Shown here piece by piece: positions 40,674 through 52,975 of a stretch of 64,000 bases of DNA. Source of the DNA: Eledone cirrhosa (lineage: Eukaryota); the NCBI GenBank assembly GCA_964016885.1, contig OZ024765.1, positions 4,340,001 to 4,404,000 on the forward strand, written 5' to 3'. Every line of letters starts with the position of its first letter. The first letter of the stretch is position 1. Position numbers and translations under genes: made by a program. The notes beneath the pieces were generated by a model that searched no databases, was not told the DNA's origin, and saw only the letters and a list, made by a program, of their open reading frames with translations.

Positions 40674-40946
40674 CAAGGTGGTCGTGGAGGTGCCACGGCA
40701 AAAAAGCACCCAGCCCACACTGTAAAGTGGACGTGTAGGCGCCACGAAAAAGCACCCAGCACTCACTGTAAATGAGGTTGGTGTTAGGAAGGGCATCCAG
40801 CTGTAGAAATCAAGCCAGATCAGTTCCTGTATGAGCAAGGCATGGTCAGCCGACCAGACACTGCCCACAACAGGACAACCCGTCTAACCCATGCTAGCGT
40901 GGAAGAACGGACGTAAAACGGTGATGATGATGATGATGATGATGAT
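40674..40946 (+). mobile_element. RTE 3' UTR fragment
   Basis: Reverse complement of 44728-44996, with a (GAT)n tail. Confidence 0.85.
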
Positions 40947-41021
40947 ATATAATTTTTGACGATTTAGAATCCAGCAAACCAAACAGTGAGATATAAACCA
41001 AACTATTATCATAGTTGTAAT

Positions 41022-41412
41022 TATGAGAGTCAGCTGAAAAAGTTCAAAGGTTGACTATGAAGGATTGATGCTAGAGCTGTGAAATCTTGCATACATTACT
41101 TTCAACTTTTTTTATTAATAACTTCCTTGTTTCTTTCCAGGGACTATGTATGGAAAAATAAACCTCATTTGGTCATTACATGAGAGTATCTTGGTCAGCC
41201 TATGATGGAGTCAATCTTGGTCAGACAATGAAGGGCTGATTACTATGAAGGATTGATGCTAGAGCTGTGAAATCTTGCATGCATTAATTTCAACCCTTCT
41301 TATTAACAACTGCATTGTTTCTTTCCAGGGACTATGTTGAAAAATAAACCTCATTTGGTCATTCCATGAGAGTATCTTAGTCTGCCTATGAACATCTCAG
41401 CTGACCCTAGTA
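41022..41412. mobile_element. Mariner-like MITE with an internal dimer
   Basis: TA-TGAGAGTCAGCTGAAAAGTTCA ... TGAACATCTCAGCTGACCCTAG-TA form imperfect TIRs. Confidence 0.7.
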
Positions 41413-41447
41413 TAACCTAAACTATTATCATTGTTATAATTAGATTA

Positions 41448-41640
41448 AAGGTGGTAGATTGGCAATATCAGTTGAGGGTCAGACGCCATGCTTTGCAGCA
41501 CAGAGTTACGTCCCTTTACGATCTGAGTTCAAATCCCGCCGAGGTTAACTTTGCCTTTCATTCTTACGGGGTCGATAAAATAAAGTACCAGTAATACACT
41601 GGATAATTTGCTGGCCTTGTGCCTAAAGTAGAAACAATTA
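41448..41640 (+). mobile_element. S1 SINE
   Basis: A/B boxes and core domain are present. Confidence 0.9.
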
Positions 41641-41789
41641 ATGAATTAATGAATTCATTCGTTAACAAAACACAAGAAACTAGTTCTAATTATTTATCTT
41701 TAATTATATTCTCATATTATTCTCCATAAATTAATCCAATAAAAACATTAAAAAAGATATGTTGATAATTATTATTATTAACATTTATA

Positions 41790-42332
41790 ACTGTATGTAT
41801 GTATGTATGAGTGTGTGTGTGTTTACATATATGTATGTGTGTGTGATAGTGTTTATATATATCTATGTATGTTGGTGTATGTGTGTATTTATGTATGTGT
41901 GTATGTATATATGTGTGTGTGTGTGTGTGTATTTATGTGTGTGTGATAGTGTTTATATATATCTATGTATGTTGGTGTATGTGTGTGTATTTATGCATGT
42001 GTGTATGTATATATGTGTGTGTGTGTGTATTTATCTGTGTGTGATAGTGTTTATATATATCTATGTATGTTGGTGTATGTGTGTGTATTTATGCAAGTGT
42101 GTATATGTATGTGTGTGTATTTATGCATGTGTGTATGTATGTATGTGTGTGTGTGTGTGTGTATTTATGTGTGTGTGATAGTGTTTATATATATCTATGT
42201 ATGTTGGTGTATGTCTGTGTATTTATGCAAGTGTGTATATGTATGTGTGTGTATTTATGCATGTGTGTATGTATATATGTGTGTGTGTGTGTGTGTGTGT
42301 ATTTATGTGTGTGTGATAGTGTTTATATATAT
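41790..42332. repeat. ~115-135-bp (TG)-rich minisatellite
   Basis: GATAGTGTTTATATATATCTATGTATGTTGG recurs. Confidence 0.9.
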
Positions 42333-42749
42333 CCTTACGGGGGTCGATAAAATAAAGTACCAGTAATACACCGGGGGTAATTGCTGGCCTTGTGCCTAAA
42401 GTAGAAACAATTATATGTCGGCCCTTGTGACCAATAAACAAAATCATTATTGTTATTATCACAAGTAAATACCAATTAATAAAATATTAATTAGTAAAAT
42501 ATTAATTACACAAATATATTTTGTCTTCTTCAATTGTTGTTTTAATTATATTCGTTAGGTTTTTATTAAATGTTTTCTTGTTTGGAAAAACAATTATTTA
42601 ATTTTACAGTTTATCTTGTATGGCCTAGGTGGAGTGGGGGTGGGGTGGTAGGTGTGTGGGGGTGGGGGAGAGGGGGTAGAGAGGGTGATAGAGAGGGAGT
42701 GAGAGGGAGTGTGTATGAGAGAGAAAGAGAGAGAGATTTTGTGTGAGAG

Positions 42750-42783
<34 letters not shown>

Positions 42784-43351
42784 TATGTGAGAGTGAGAGA
42801 TTAAGAAAGAATGTCTGTATGTGAGAGAGGGAGAGAGTGTGTGTGAGAGGGAGAGAAAGAGAGGGAGAGAGTGTGTGTGAGAGGGAGAGAAAGATAGCGA
42901 GTAAGAAGGGGAGTGTGACTGTATGTGAGAGAGAAAGAAAGACCGACAGACATACAGGCAGACATAGAAAGAGAGAGAGAGGTAGAGAGAGGTAAAGAGG
43001 GGGAAAGAGAGAGAGAGAAAGAGAGGGAGAGACACTCAAGAGGTATATGTCAATTGAAGAAAGATCTCCCCCAGCCACCCACTGGGAGGTAGTGTGGCTG
43101 ATGCAACAGGTGTTACTGGTGGCTCCCTGTTTCATCAACCACTTCCCCATTTCATCCCCAGGGTACAGACAGGGGGCAAGGGTCTGCTGCTCCCTCCCCA
43201 CCTTTCCTAATTTCATTTCATGTTTTTCCTTCTTTTCTCATTCTTTTTCGGTATCTTTCTTTCTTTACATATTTTCATTACCTTGAACTAAATTAATGGT
43301 TTATTAGTTTACAGTGTGCAAGCGCGAAGATGTATATATATATATATATAT

Positions 43352-43677
43352 AGGAAAAAGTATGACCCCGACGGCAGAGCTCAAGCCGTTTCGACGGCTA
43401 TTTCTGGACTTTATTTTATAGACATCGGATGAAAAGCAAAGTTAACCTCAGATTTAACCTCTTCAGTGCTGTTGATGAGATAATTCACCCTAACATGTTT
43501 GCATTCCAGTGCCATGGACAAGATAATTCATCCTGAGTTCAGAAAGAGCCTTCGAAACGGCTTGAGCTCTGCCGTCGGGGTCATACTTTTTCTTATTTCC
43601 CACTCTACTACCCTAAGTATTGAGTCCTTTGGTACGTTATGGTCCATCTGGTTCCTTACCACAATTCCTTTGTTATC
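43352..43677. mobile_element. Family K inverted element (3' half of an HHR) enclosing a foreign ~125-bp segment
   Basis: GAAA-CGGC-TTGAGCTCT-GCCG-TC-GGGG is present on both arms (43352-43410 minus, 43533-43677 plus). Confidence 0.65.
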
Positions 43678-43682
43678 TATAT

Positions 43683-44013
43683 ATCATCATCATCATCATT
43701 TCATTTTCCCTGCTTGCAAGGGTGGGACGGGAACTGATGCTGGCTTGATTTCTACAGCTGGATGCACTTCCTAACACCAACCTCATTTTACAGTGAGTGC
43801 TGGGTGCTTTTTTGCCATGGCACCTCCACGACCACTTTACAGTGGAATGATAGGGACCCCAGTCCCTATCATCTCATTTCTACAGCTGAGTAAACTGGAG
43901 CAATGTGAAATAAAGTGTCTTGCTCAAGGAAACAACACATCACCCGGTCTGAGAATTGAACTCACAACCTTTCGATTGCAAGGCCAATGCTCTAACCACT
44001 AAGCCATGTGCCT

Positions 44014-44015
<2 letters not shown>
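43683..44015 (-). mobile_element. Full-length CORE-type SINE S2
   Basis: Reverse complement of 19385-19731. Confidence 0.9.
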
Positions 44016-44063
<48 letters not shown>

Positions 44064-44398
44064 CTGAGTTTTGTAGCTTGCTGGAAGCATTCTTTAATAG
44101 GAAACAGGAATTTTAATTTTGAAGACCAACACAATGTGTTATGAAGAATGTTAAATTGCCAAGATAACAAAAGAATCTTACCTCAGCAAATTTAACGGTT
44201 AAAAACCCCTAATCAAGGGAGTAACCCTATGAGAGATTTAAAAATCGATTACCCACTCTACATCCCCAAGTATTGAGTACTCTGGTCTAACTGGTTTTTA
44301 TCGCCTCCATTCTGATAGAAATGTGTGCAAGTGTGCGAATTATTAACTAATAAACTGTCCTATCCATGCTAGCATGGAAGATGGACGTTAAACTATAA

Positions 44399-44439
<41 letters not shown>

Positions 44440-44442
<3 letters not shown>

Positions 44443-44629
44443 CAAAGGAATTGTGGTAAGGAACCAGATGGACCATAATGCACCAGAGTACTCAATACTT
44501 AGGGTAGTAGAGTGGGAAATAGGAAAAGGTATGACCCCGCCGGCAGAGCTCAAGCCGTTTCGACAGCTATTTCAGTCCAGAAATAGCCGTTGAAACGGCT
44601 TGAGCTCTGCCGTCGGGGTCATACCTTTT

Positions 44630-44632
<3 letters not shown>
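44440..44632. mobile_element. Family K fold-back element between (TA)n tracts
   Basis: 44521-44632 is a palindrome with loop AGTCCA. Confidence 0.8.
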
Positions 44633-44675
<43 letters not shown>

Positions 44676-44727
44676 TATATAAATATATATATATAAATAT
44701 ATGTATATATATATAAATATATATATA

Positions 44728-45253
44728 TCATCATCATCATCATCATCACCGTTTTACGTCCGTTCTTCCACGCTAGCATGGGTTAGACGGGTTGTCCTGT
44801 TGTGGGCAGTGTCTGGTCGGCTGACCATGCCTTGCTCATACAGGAACTGATCTGGCTTGATTTCTACAGCTGGATGCCCTTCCTAACACCAACCTCATTT
44901 ACAGTGAGTGCTGGGTGCTTTTTCGTGGCGCCTACACGTCCACTTTACAGTGTGGGCTGGGTGCTTTTTTGCCGTGGCACCTCCACGACCACCTTGCGGT
45001 GGTGGGGGGGGGGGCATATTGTTTATATGCTTCAGCATGTACCCATGGGAGGTCGGGTACCCTGTATTACTGCGTGACGCCAGAAGTCACGGTCGTGTGT
45101 CATTGACTTTGAGAGGTGTAGTTGGGTAAGGTCGGCTTTTATCACCTCATCCCAAGTCATCTTGGGTCTCCCCACTCCGCGGTTTCCATCAACTTCTAGT
45201 GCTCTGCACCTTTTTATGCAGCTGTCATCCTTCATACGCATCACATGTCCATA
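44728..45253 (-). mobile_element. RTE LINE 3' end including the ORF C-terminus
   Basis: Translates to [42 protein letters not shown] and has a (CAT)n tail. Confidence 0.9.
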
Positions 45254-45293
45254 TAAATATATGTATATATTTATATATATATGGATATATATA

Positions 45294-45339
<46 letters not shown>

Positions 45340-45371
45340 TATTTATATATATATGGATATATATATGTGCA

Positions 45372-45409
<38 letters not shown>

Positions 45410-45557
45410 TATATATATATATATATAAATATGCATATATATATGGATATATATATGTGCATATATATATGCATATATATATATATATATGCATATATAT
45501 ATATGCATATATATATGCATATATATATATGCATATATATATATGCACATATATGTA

Positions 45558-45599
<42 letters not shown>

Positions 45600-45788
45600 T
45601 AGATAGGTAAATATACACGGGTGTGTATGATTGTGTATAGAAGATTATATTAATAAGAGGAATTCCAACTTTGTCTGATTTACTTGTTTTATTTACAATC
45701 CTTTAAAATATATATAATGGTATTATAATATATATACATATATATGCATATACATATATATGCACATATATGTATGCATATATATATA

Positions 45789-45846
<58 letters not shown>

Positions 45847-47615
45847 CATACATATATATATAGTGTGTACACTTCTAATGACTAGAAATCTCCCCAAGCA
45901 GTAGAATCTCCAGAGAAACATTCCATTACATCCAAACGTTCTGTGGAGATAATTTGACAAACTCCCATGAGATTCTCAAATTGCTTACAATCCACCATTA
46001 AAAAAGTTACATAAACGAATTGTGTGTATATATGTATGTATGTTTGTGTCTGTATGCATGTATGTGTGTATATATTTATGTATGTTTGTGTCTGTATGCA
46101 TGTATGTGTGTATATATGTATGTATGTTTGTGTCTGTATGCATGTATGTGTGTATATATTTATGTATGTTTGTGTTTGTATGCATGTATGTGTGTATATA
46201 TGTATGTTTGTATGCATGTATTTGTGTATATATGTATGTATGTTTGTGTTTGCATGCATATATCTATATGTGCGTATATGTACGTATGTATATATGAGTC
46301 AACGGCCATCCCAAACTGTATAAATATGTATATATACATGTATGTGTATATAGGGACATAGAAATAATCACACTGGTCACTCGATCGCACGGTTAAACCA
46401 CTGGGAGTGAAGGACCCCTAACCTTTCTCAGGGCATTCTTCTAGGAGACGACAACTCAGGAAACTGGGATAACTCCGATATAAAACCTGCGGCTCAGTAG
46501 TTACCGATGATGTCGATCTTTTCTTCTTTTCAGGTTATAGCTACTGTCGCTCAGTGAGTGGGATTGGCTCAGTGCACAGTCTTTCCTCACTTTAAAAAAA
46601 TCTTCATGCACATGCATGCATGATAGCATTGATTGATAATTATTAATAATGTTATATAGTGCAATGGCCATACTCGATAACGAGGGGGCAGTGATCATAT
46701 ATGTAATATATTTGAAATTAATCTAACCTCCATCTTTTATCCATATACTACTTACAGACCATACTAACAAAACAACACCTCAGAAGCAATGTTATGCGGT
46801 ATATTGCTGTGTTTCAGATGACGTCCTTTGGAGCTGAAAAAGATCATACTGACTATGGTTATTTCACATTTAAAATCCAAGGTCTCTGCTACGATTTAAT
46901 TGACAGTTTACTCCCCTAGCCTAATAAGGAAATTTTATAATTGTTTTGTTTATGTCTCTCACACACACACACACACTTTACAGTCTCACCTCATAGCAGA
47001 CGACACATCCAATACAGTCTTTTTCTCTTTTATCCATTTTATCCTAGCATTTCACTCAGCTAGTTCTTTATAAATTTAAGATATTTGATTTAGCTATAAG
47101 AAAAGAATTTGAAAAACATCCTGCCATTGTATTCATCAAAGGTCATTTATTGAAATGGAACCAGCAGGGGGGCACTTTTACAAAGACTTTCGTAAACACT
47201 CTTTAAACACCCCAACACCTCCCAACTCCACTCCGAATCAATTATCTTGCTCGTACCATTCACTATTTTCTGTATTCCTTTAAATCTTCATCAACACTCC
47301 TTCACTCCCACACTCATTAAGCTCCCCACCCACCAGACACACCCAAATCTCTTATATATAGAGTCACACATCACAACGTAATCTGATCTCAGTTTGACAA
47401 TTGCCACCAATCAATGCAAGAAAGTTCTCCAGAAAAGTTAACCAGGAATCTTTTAAAATCTTCCCACCCAAGTTAACAAAAGACATTCTAGATCTACAAA
47501 AACAAATTGTAAAATTATAATATTATCAAATCGAATTAAATTGTTTAGAACTAAAAGTGAAGTCATTCTTTTCCTTTTTTTAAATATATATATATATGTA
47601 TGTATATGTACATAT

Positions 47616-47649
<34 letters not shown>

Positions 47650-47652
<3 letters not shown>

Positions 47653-47786
47653 CGGAGGAAATGTGGTAAGGAACCAGGTGGACCATAACGCACCAAAGTA
47701 CTCAATACTTAGGGTAGTAGAGTGGGTAATAGGAACGAATTAGCCGTCGAAACGGCTTGAGCTCAGCCGTCGGGGTCCTACTCGTT

Positions 47787-47790
<4 letters not shown>
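47650..47790. mobile_element. Family K inverted element between (TA)n tracts
   Basis: A minus-strand 3' end at 47650-47738 is joined to plus-strand AGCCGTCGAAACGGCTTGAGCTCAGCCGTCGGGG. Confidence 0.7.
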
Positions 47791-47824
<34 letters not shown>

Positions 47825-48153
47825 CAAGGGTTGGCACTACATCAAGTGTTAAATTAATATATTCCTTCATTGTATTGTACTGTGTTGTTTGCTTGGTTAT
47901 TTCCGTTTACTTTTTGCATACATACACACATGTAAAAACACACACACAAACACATACACATATGTATATACATATATATATATATATGTATACATATATA
48001 TGTAAAAGGTAAACAGAAATAACAACACAATCGGTACAGTATATGGAAGGAATATATTAGGTTAATGCTTGATATATATATAACCTTATATATATATATA
48101 TATTTATTTAAGCATTAGGTTAATGCTTAAATATATATATATATTAGGCGATA

Positions 48154-48262
48154 CCCACTGATGAAGCTGCATAAGCCAATTGTGCATTGTTGCATAATAT
48201 ATGCAGACATGGTGCAGTGCACCTTACTGCTGCATTAGTGCGGCAGAAACTCGAGTCCGGGG
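48154..48262 (+). ncRNA. Type-I hammerhead ribozyme, family F, with an ~80-nt stem II domain
   Basis: CCCA-CTGATGA-AGCTGCA...TGCGGCA-GAAA-CTCGAG-TC-CGGGG, within a ~265-bp island bounded by (TA)n. Confidence 0.75.
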
Positions 48263-48432
48263 ACCTTATAGGCACCCGTTTTACGTGTGTTGTGTTGAAG
48301 CAAATAACTATGTGTATACTCTGGTAATGTATCTTACATTGCCTATTGAGTGCGCTGAGATACAACCGGTACTGGCATTGATAAATATGCTGGGTCCGTC
48401 AACCCTTAATATATATATATATATATATATAT

Positions 48433-48947
48433 ATCATCATCATCATCATCATAACCGTTTTACGTCCGTTCTTCGATGCTAGCATGGGTTAGACGGGTTG
48501 TCCTGTTGTGGGCAGTGTCTGGTCGGCTGACCATGTCTTGCTCATACAGGAACTGATTTGGCTTGATTTCTACAGCTGGATGCACTTCCTAACACCAACC
48601 TCATTTACAGTGAGTGCTGGGTGCTTTTTCTGTGGCGCCTACACGTCCACTTTACAGTGTGGGCTGGGTGCTTTTTCTGTGGCGCCTACACGTCCACTTT
48701 ACAGTGTGGGCTGGGTGCTTTTTTGTGGCGCCTACACGTCCACTTTACAGTGTGGGCTGGGTGCTTTTTTGCTGTGGCACCTCCATGACCACCTTGCAGT
48801 GGGAGGGTGTGGGGGCATATTGTCTATATGCTTCAGCTTCGGCTTGTATCCATGGGAGGTCGGGTACCCTGTATTACTGCGTGACGCCAGAGGTCACGGT
48901 TATGTGTCATCGCCTTTGAGAGGTGTAATTGGGTAAGGTCGGCTTTT
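48433..48947 (-). mobile_element. RTE 3' end with an internal ~47-bp triplication
   Basis: GTGGCGCCTACACGTCCACTTTACAGTGTGGGCTGGGTGC occurs three times; (CAT)n tail. Confidence 0.9.
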
Positions 48948-49009
48948 AATATATTGAAGTGGTTACACAGAACAGGAAGGACCTTCCTGTTCCGTATAAA
49001 TGTCCATTA

Positions 49010-49047
49010 CGAGCTGAGGATCCGCTAAGGTGAAACAATTGTTCTCG
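49010..49047 (+). ncRNA. Minimal type-I hammerhead ribozyme, family G
   Basis: CGAG-CTGAGGA-TCCGCTAAGGT-GAAA-CAATTG-TT-CTCG. Confidence 0.75.
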
Positions 49048-49142
49048 GTATGGTGAAGTAACTGTTGTGTAACCACTTCTACCTAACTCGTCCCATGGAC
49101 TGGGTGCTCTACCACTACGGATATTACCTTCCAGTGTTCTAC

Positions 49143-49199
<57 letters not shown>

Positions 49200-49233
49200 T
49201 TACAGTAATCAAAGTTCAGTTTAAGTCATTTAT

Positions 49234-49282
49234 TTGCTTACAATTGTTTCCTCCAAACCGAGGTTTGGATTCTTCGGAGCAA
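49234..49282 (-). ncRNA. Type-I hammerhead ribozyme, family H (CCGAAGA core variant)
   Basis: TTGCT-CCGAAGA-ATCCAAACCTCGGTTTGGAG-GAAA-CAATTG-TA-AGCAA. Confidence 0.75.
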
Positions 49283-49682
49283 CTATTTATAACATACTTG
49301 ACCTCCTTTTCAACCCAAGAGACACATAAAACATATGCGCATATTGATCAACAGTCGGGTGACATTCATCAAATGATATAGCATGGCAATTTACATATAA
49401 AGGTTACAGGATAAAAATAAAATAAAAACAAGAGTGAAAATAAGAGTGAAAATAAAGATAAACATGAAGCGTTGGCAGTCTATGAAGATAAAGCAAGAGG
49501 AAAGCTTAGAGTAGTCAGTGTATGAAACAATCTCCCGTGTAGCATGCACGCGTGTCTTATCTATACATGATTAGAGTGCATCAGAATGATATTGGCAGGG
49601 TCAGGCAGTTGAAGCTGGCAATCGATCTTATATATATATATATATATATAAGGTTAATGCTTATATATATACACACAACACG

Positions 49683-49713
<31 letters not shown>

Positions 49714-49715
<2 letters not shown>

Positions 49716-50165
49716 GATATTAAATAAATGGAAACTATATTTATAAAACCATATTTATTTCGTTATATATATTTCAGGGATATCATATTAACAATATGTT
49801 GTGCCTTCTTCAGACAAAATACAATATAAACAGTCTTATAAATAAATAGATACGACATACCTTTCAATCACCTTGCATTTGGGAGGTTGATTTTGCCAAA
49901 TCAACCTCCCAAATGCAAGGTGATTGAAAGGTATGTCGTATCTATTTATTTATAAGACTGTTTATATTGTATTTTGTCTGAAGAAGGCACAACATATTGT
50001 TAATATGATATCCCTGAAATATATATAACGAAATAAATATGGTTTTATAAATATAGTTTCCATTTATTTAATATCATAAATATACTCCAAATACTTGTTG
50101 AGTGCTTTTATATCAGTTATAAATATTTACTCGTTGTTAACCCAACAATTTAAATATAACTTTCC

Positions 50166-50168
<3 letters not shown>
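49714..50168. mobile_element. Family A fold-back element: palindrome 49714-50077 plus a 3' extension, with HHRs at 49756-49821 (-) and 49970-50035 (+)
   Basis: The centre is GATTT-TGCC-AAATC at 49889-49902. Each arm has CTGAAGA...GAAA-TATATA-TA-ACGAAATA. Confidence 0.9.
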
Positions 50169-50196
<28 letters not shown>

Positions 50197-50389
50197 CACA
50201 CACACCCATTCACATAAATACAATTGAATATTAGGATTTGAGGAAATATTTAATATTCTAACCGCAAATATTCCATATTGCCATTTATTTTGTAAATATA
50301 TCAAACATATTAGACATTTCTAGTGTAAAATATGATTTTTTAAAAAAGTTTCACAGAAATTCTTTCTATGGCATTTTCTATAATTAGCA

Positions 50390-51215
50390 CTATATGTATA
50401 TATATAAATACTGTATATATATATATATATATATACTATATATACACACATACTGTGTATATATATATATACACATACTGTACATATATATATATATATA
50501 TATATACTGTATATATATATACTATATATATACACATACTGTATATATATATATACACACACTGTATATATACACACACACTGTACATACACACACACAA
50601 TGTACACATACACACGCACTGTATATATACACACACATAATGTATACACATTACACACTGTACACACACACATTATACACAGTACATGCACACACTCACA
50701 CAGTACATGCACACACTCATACAGTAGACACACACATTACACTGTACACACACACAGGAGACACTGTACACATACACACAATATACACACTCACATGCAC
50801 TATACACATACAAACACTAAACTGTACACACCCACCACACACCACACTGTAAACACACTCACACTACACACCCACCACACAACACACTCACCAGACTACA
50901 CACCCACCACACTACACCCCCACTCACACTATACACCCACCACACTACACACCCACCACACAATACATCCACCACACTACACACCAATCACACTACACCC
51001 CTACTCACACTACATACCCACTCACACCCGCCACACTGTAAACACCCCCACCACACTACACCCCCACCACACTACACACCCACCACACTACTAACCCACC
51101 ACACTGTAAACACATCCACCACACTACACACCCCCATTCTGATTTATAGAGAAAATATAATGACATTTGGTTTTCGTCAATTTATTCTCTATTTTAGAAT
51201 TCTTGAAATACAAGG

Positions 51216-51297
<82 letters not shown>
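50390..51297. repeat. (TA)/(CA)/CACTACAC low-complexity tract and a pure (ACA)n run at 51217-51297
   Basis: Read directly. Confidence 0.9.
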
Positions 51298-51393
51298 TAT
51301 ACTATAAAAATACCTTATAAAAAGTGGTGCCAGAAGAAACATTATTAATGTATTATAGCAGAAATGTGAAGAGGCATGGCTTAGTGGTTGGAA

Positions 51394-52398
51394 CAGGGAC
51401 GGGTAACCTTTTCCAAGAACTAGGCCGCATGAGATATAGCTCAACATCAGGTGGGCCACATGAGATATGGCTCATCATCAGGTGGGCCGCATGAGATATG
51501 GCCCATCATCAGGTGGGCCGCATGAGATATGGCTCATCATCAGGTGGGCCGCATGAGATATGGCTCATCATCAGGTGGGCCACATGAGATATGGCTCATC
51601 ATCAGGTGGGCCGCATGAGATATGGCCCATCATCAGGTGGGCCGCATGAGATATGGCTCATCATCAGGTGGGCCGCATGAGATATGGCTCATCATCAGGT
51701 GGGCCGCATGAGATATGGCCCATCATCAGGTGGGCCACATGAGATATAGCTCATCATCAGGTGGGCTACATGAGATATGGCTCATCATCAGGTGGGCCGC
51801 ATGAGATATAGCTCATCATCAGGTGGGCTACATGAGATATGGCTCATCATCAGGTGGGCTGCATAAGATATAGCTCATCATCAGGTGGGCTACATGAGAT
51901 ATGGCTCATCATCAGGTGGGCTGCATAAGATATAGCTCATCATCAGGTGGGCCACATGAGATATAGCTCATCATCAGGTGGGCTACATGAGATATGGCTC
52001 ATCATCAGGTGGGCCGCATGAGATATAGCTCATCATCAGGTGGGCCACATGAGATATAGCTCATCATCAGGTGGGCTACATGAGATATGGCTCATCATCA
52101 GGTGGGCCGCATGAGATACAGCTCATCATCAGGTGGGCCACATGAGATACAGCTCATCATCAGGTGGGCCACATGAGATATAGCTCATCATCAGGTGGGC
52201 TGCATAAGATATGGCTCATCATCAGGTGGGCCACATGAGATACAGCTCATCATCAGGTGGGCCACATGAGATATGGCTCATCATCAGGTGGGCCACATGA
52301 GATATGGCTCATCATCAGGTGGGCCACATGAGATATGGCTCATCATCAGGTGGGCCGCATGAGATATGGCTCATCATCAGGTGGGCTGCATGAGATAT
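51394..52398. repeat. 31-bp minisatellite (~31 copies) following a hAT-like terminus
   Basis: The unit is GCCGCATGAGATATGGCTCATCATCAGGTGG. It is preceded by CAGGGACGGGTAACCTTTT, which directly follows an S2 SINE A-box at 51371-51393. Confidence 0.9.
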
Positions 52399-52799
52399 CT
52401 TCAAGAACATTCTTCAGTGTGATGTTTGGTCCACCAACATGTCTACACACATCTGTTCAAACCAGCTGTAGCGGGCCACTCATACTGATGTTAAGGTATT
52501 GTTCTCAAAATAAATAACATCAAAATCTCATAGATTTGAAATTATGTGAGATAATTATGTAAGGTAAAGCCTTTCCCACAAAAAAAATAGTATATATAGA
52601 GTAATGTAAATGCTAAAGGCTTGAAGAAAAAGGGCAGTAACTCAGTTTGTTTTGATTTGTTTCTTCAGAATCCGTACACGTTGTTTTCCTCAATCATAAA
52701 AACGATAGAAAGATAAATTACGACTGAAAAGTTGGGATAAAAAAATCAGGTGACTTAGGCGAGCCATTCAGAAAGCTTCACGAGCCGCAGGTTGCCGAT

Positions 52800-52937
52800 G
52801 ACTAGGTTAGAACATTGGGCTTGCAATCGTGAGGTTGTGAGTTCAATTCCCAGTCCTGATGATGTGTTGTCTTTGAGAAAGATTCTTTATATTTCATGTT
52901 GTGTTGCTCCAGTATACTCAGCTGTAGAAATGAGTGG
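52800..52937 (+). mobile_element. S2 SINE head and CORE fragment
   Basis: GGTTAGAACATTGGGCTTGCAATCG...GAGTTCAATTCC...TTGCTCCAGTATACTCAGCTG. Confidence 0.8.
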
Positions 52938-52975
52938 TATAAATGTTAAATGTAATGTAAATGTTAAAGGGTTAA

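Noticed and set aside
45870-45930. Possible HHR CTAATGA…GAAAC
   Set aside because: The core is mutated, and I could not find a stem III or stem I closure.
46810-46850. Possible HHR CAGATGA…GAAA
   Set aside because: The core is mutated and there is no convincing stem I or III.
47050-47570. Coding-looking AT-rich stretch, possibly a retroelement ORF remnant
   Set aside because: I could not assign a recognisable motif or long frame by eye.
51424-52398. Minus-strand CTGATGA plus hairpin in every 31-bp unit, as a tandem hammerhead array
   Set aside because: No GAAA or NUH follows stem II, so the catalytic core is incomplete.
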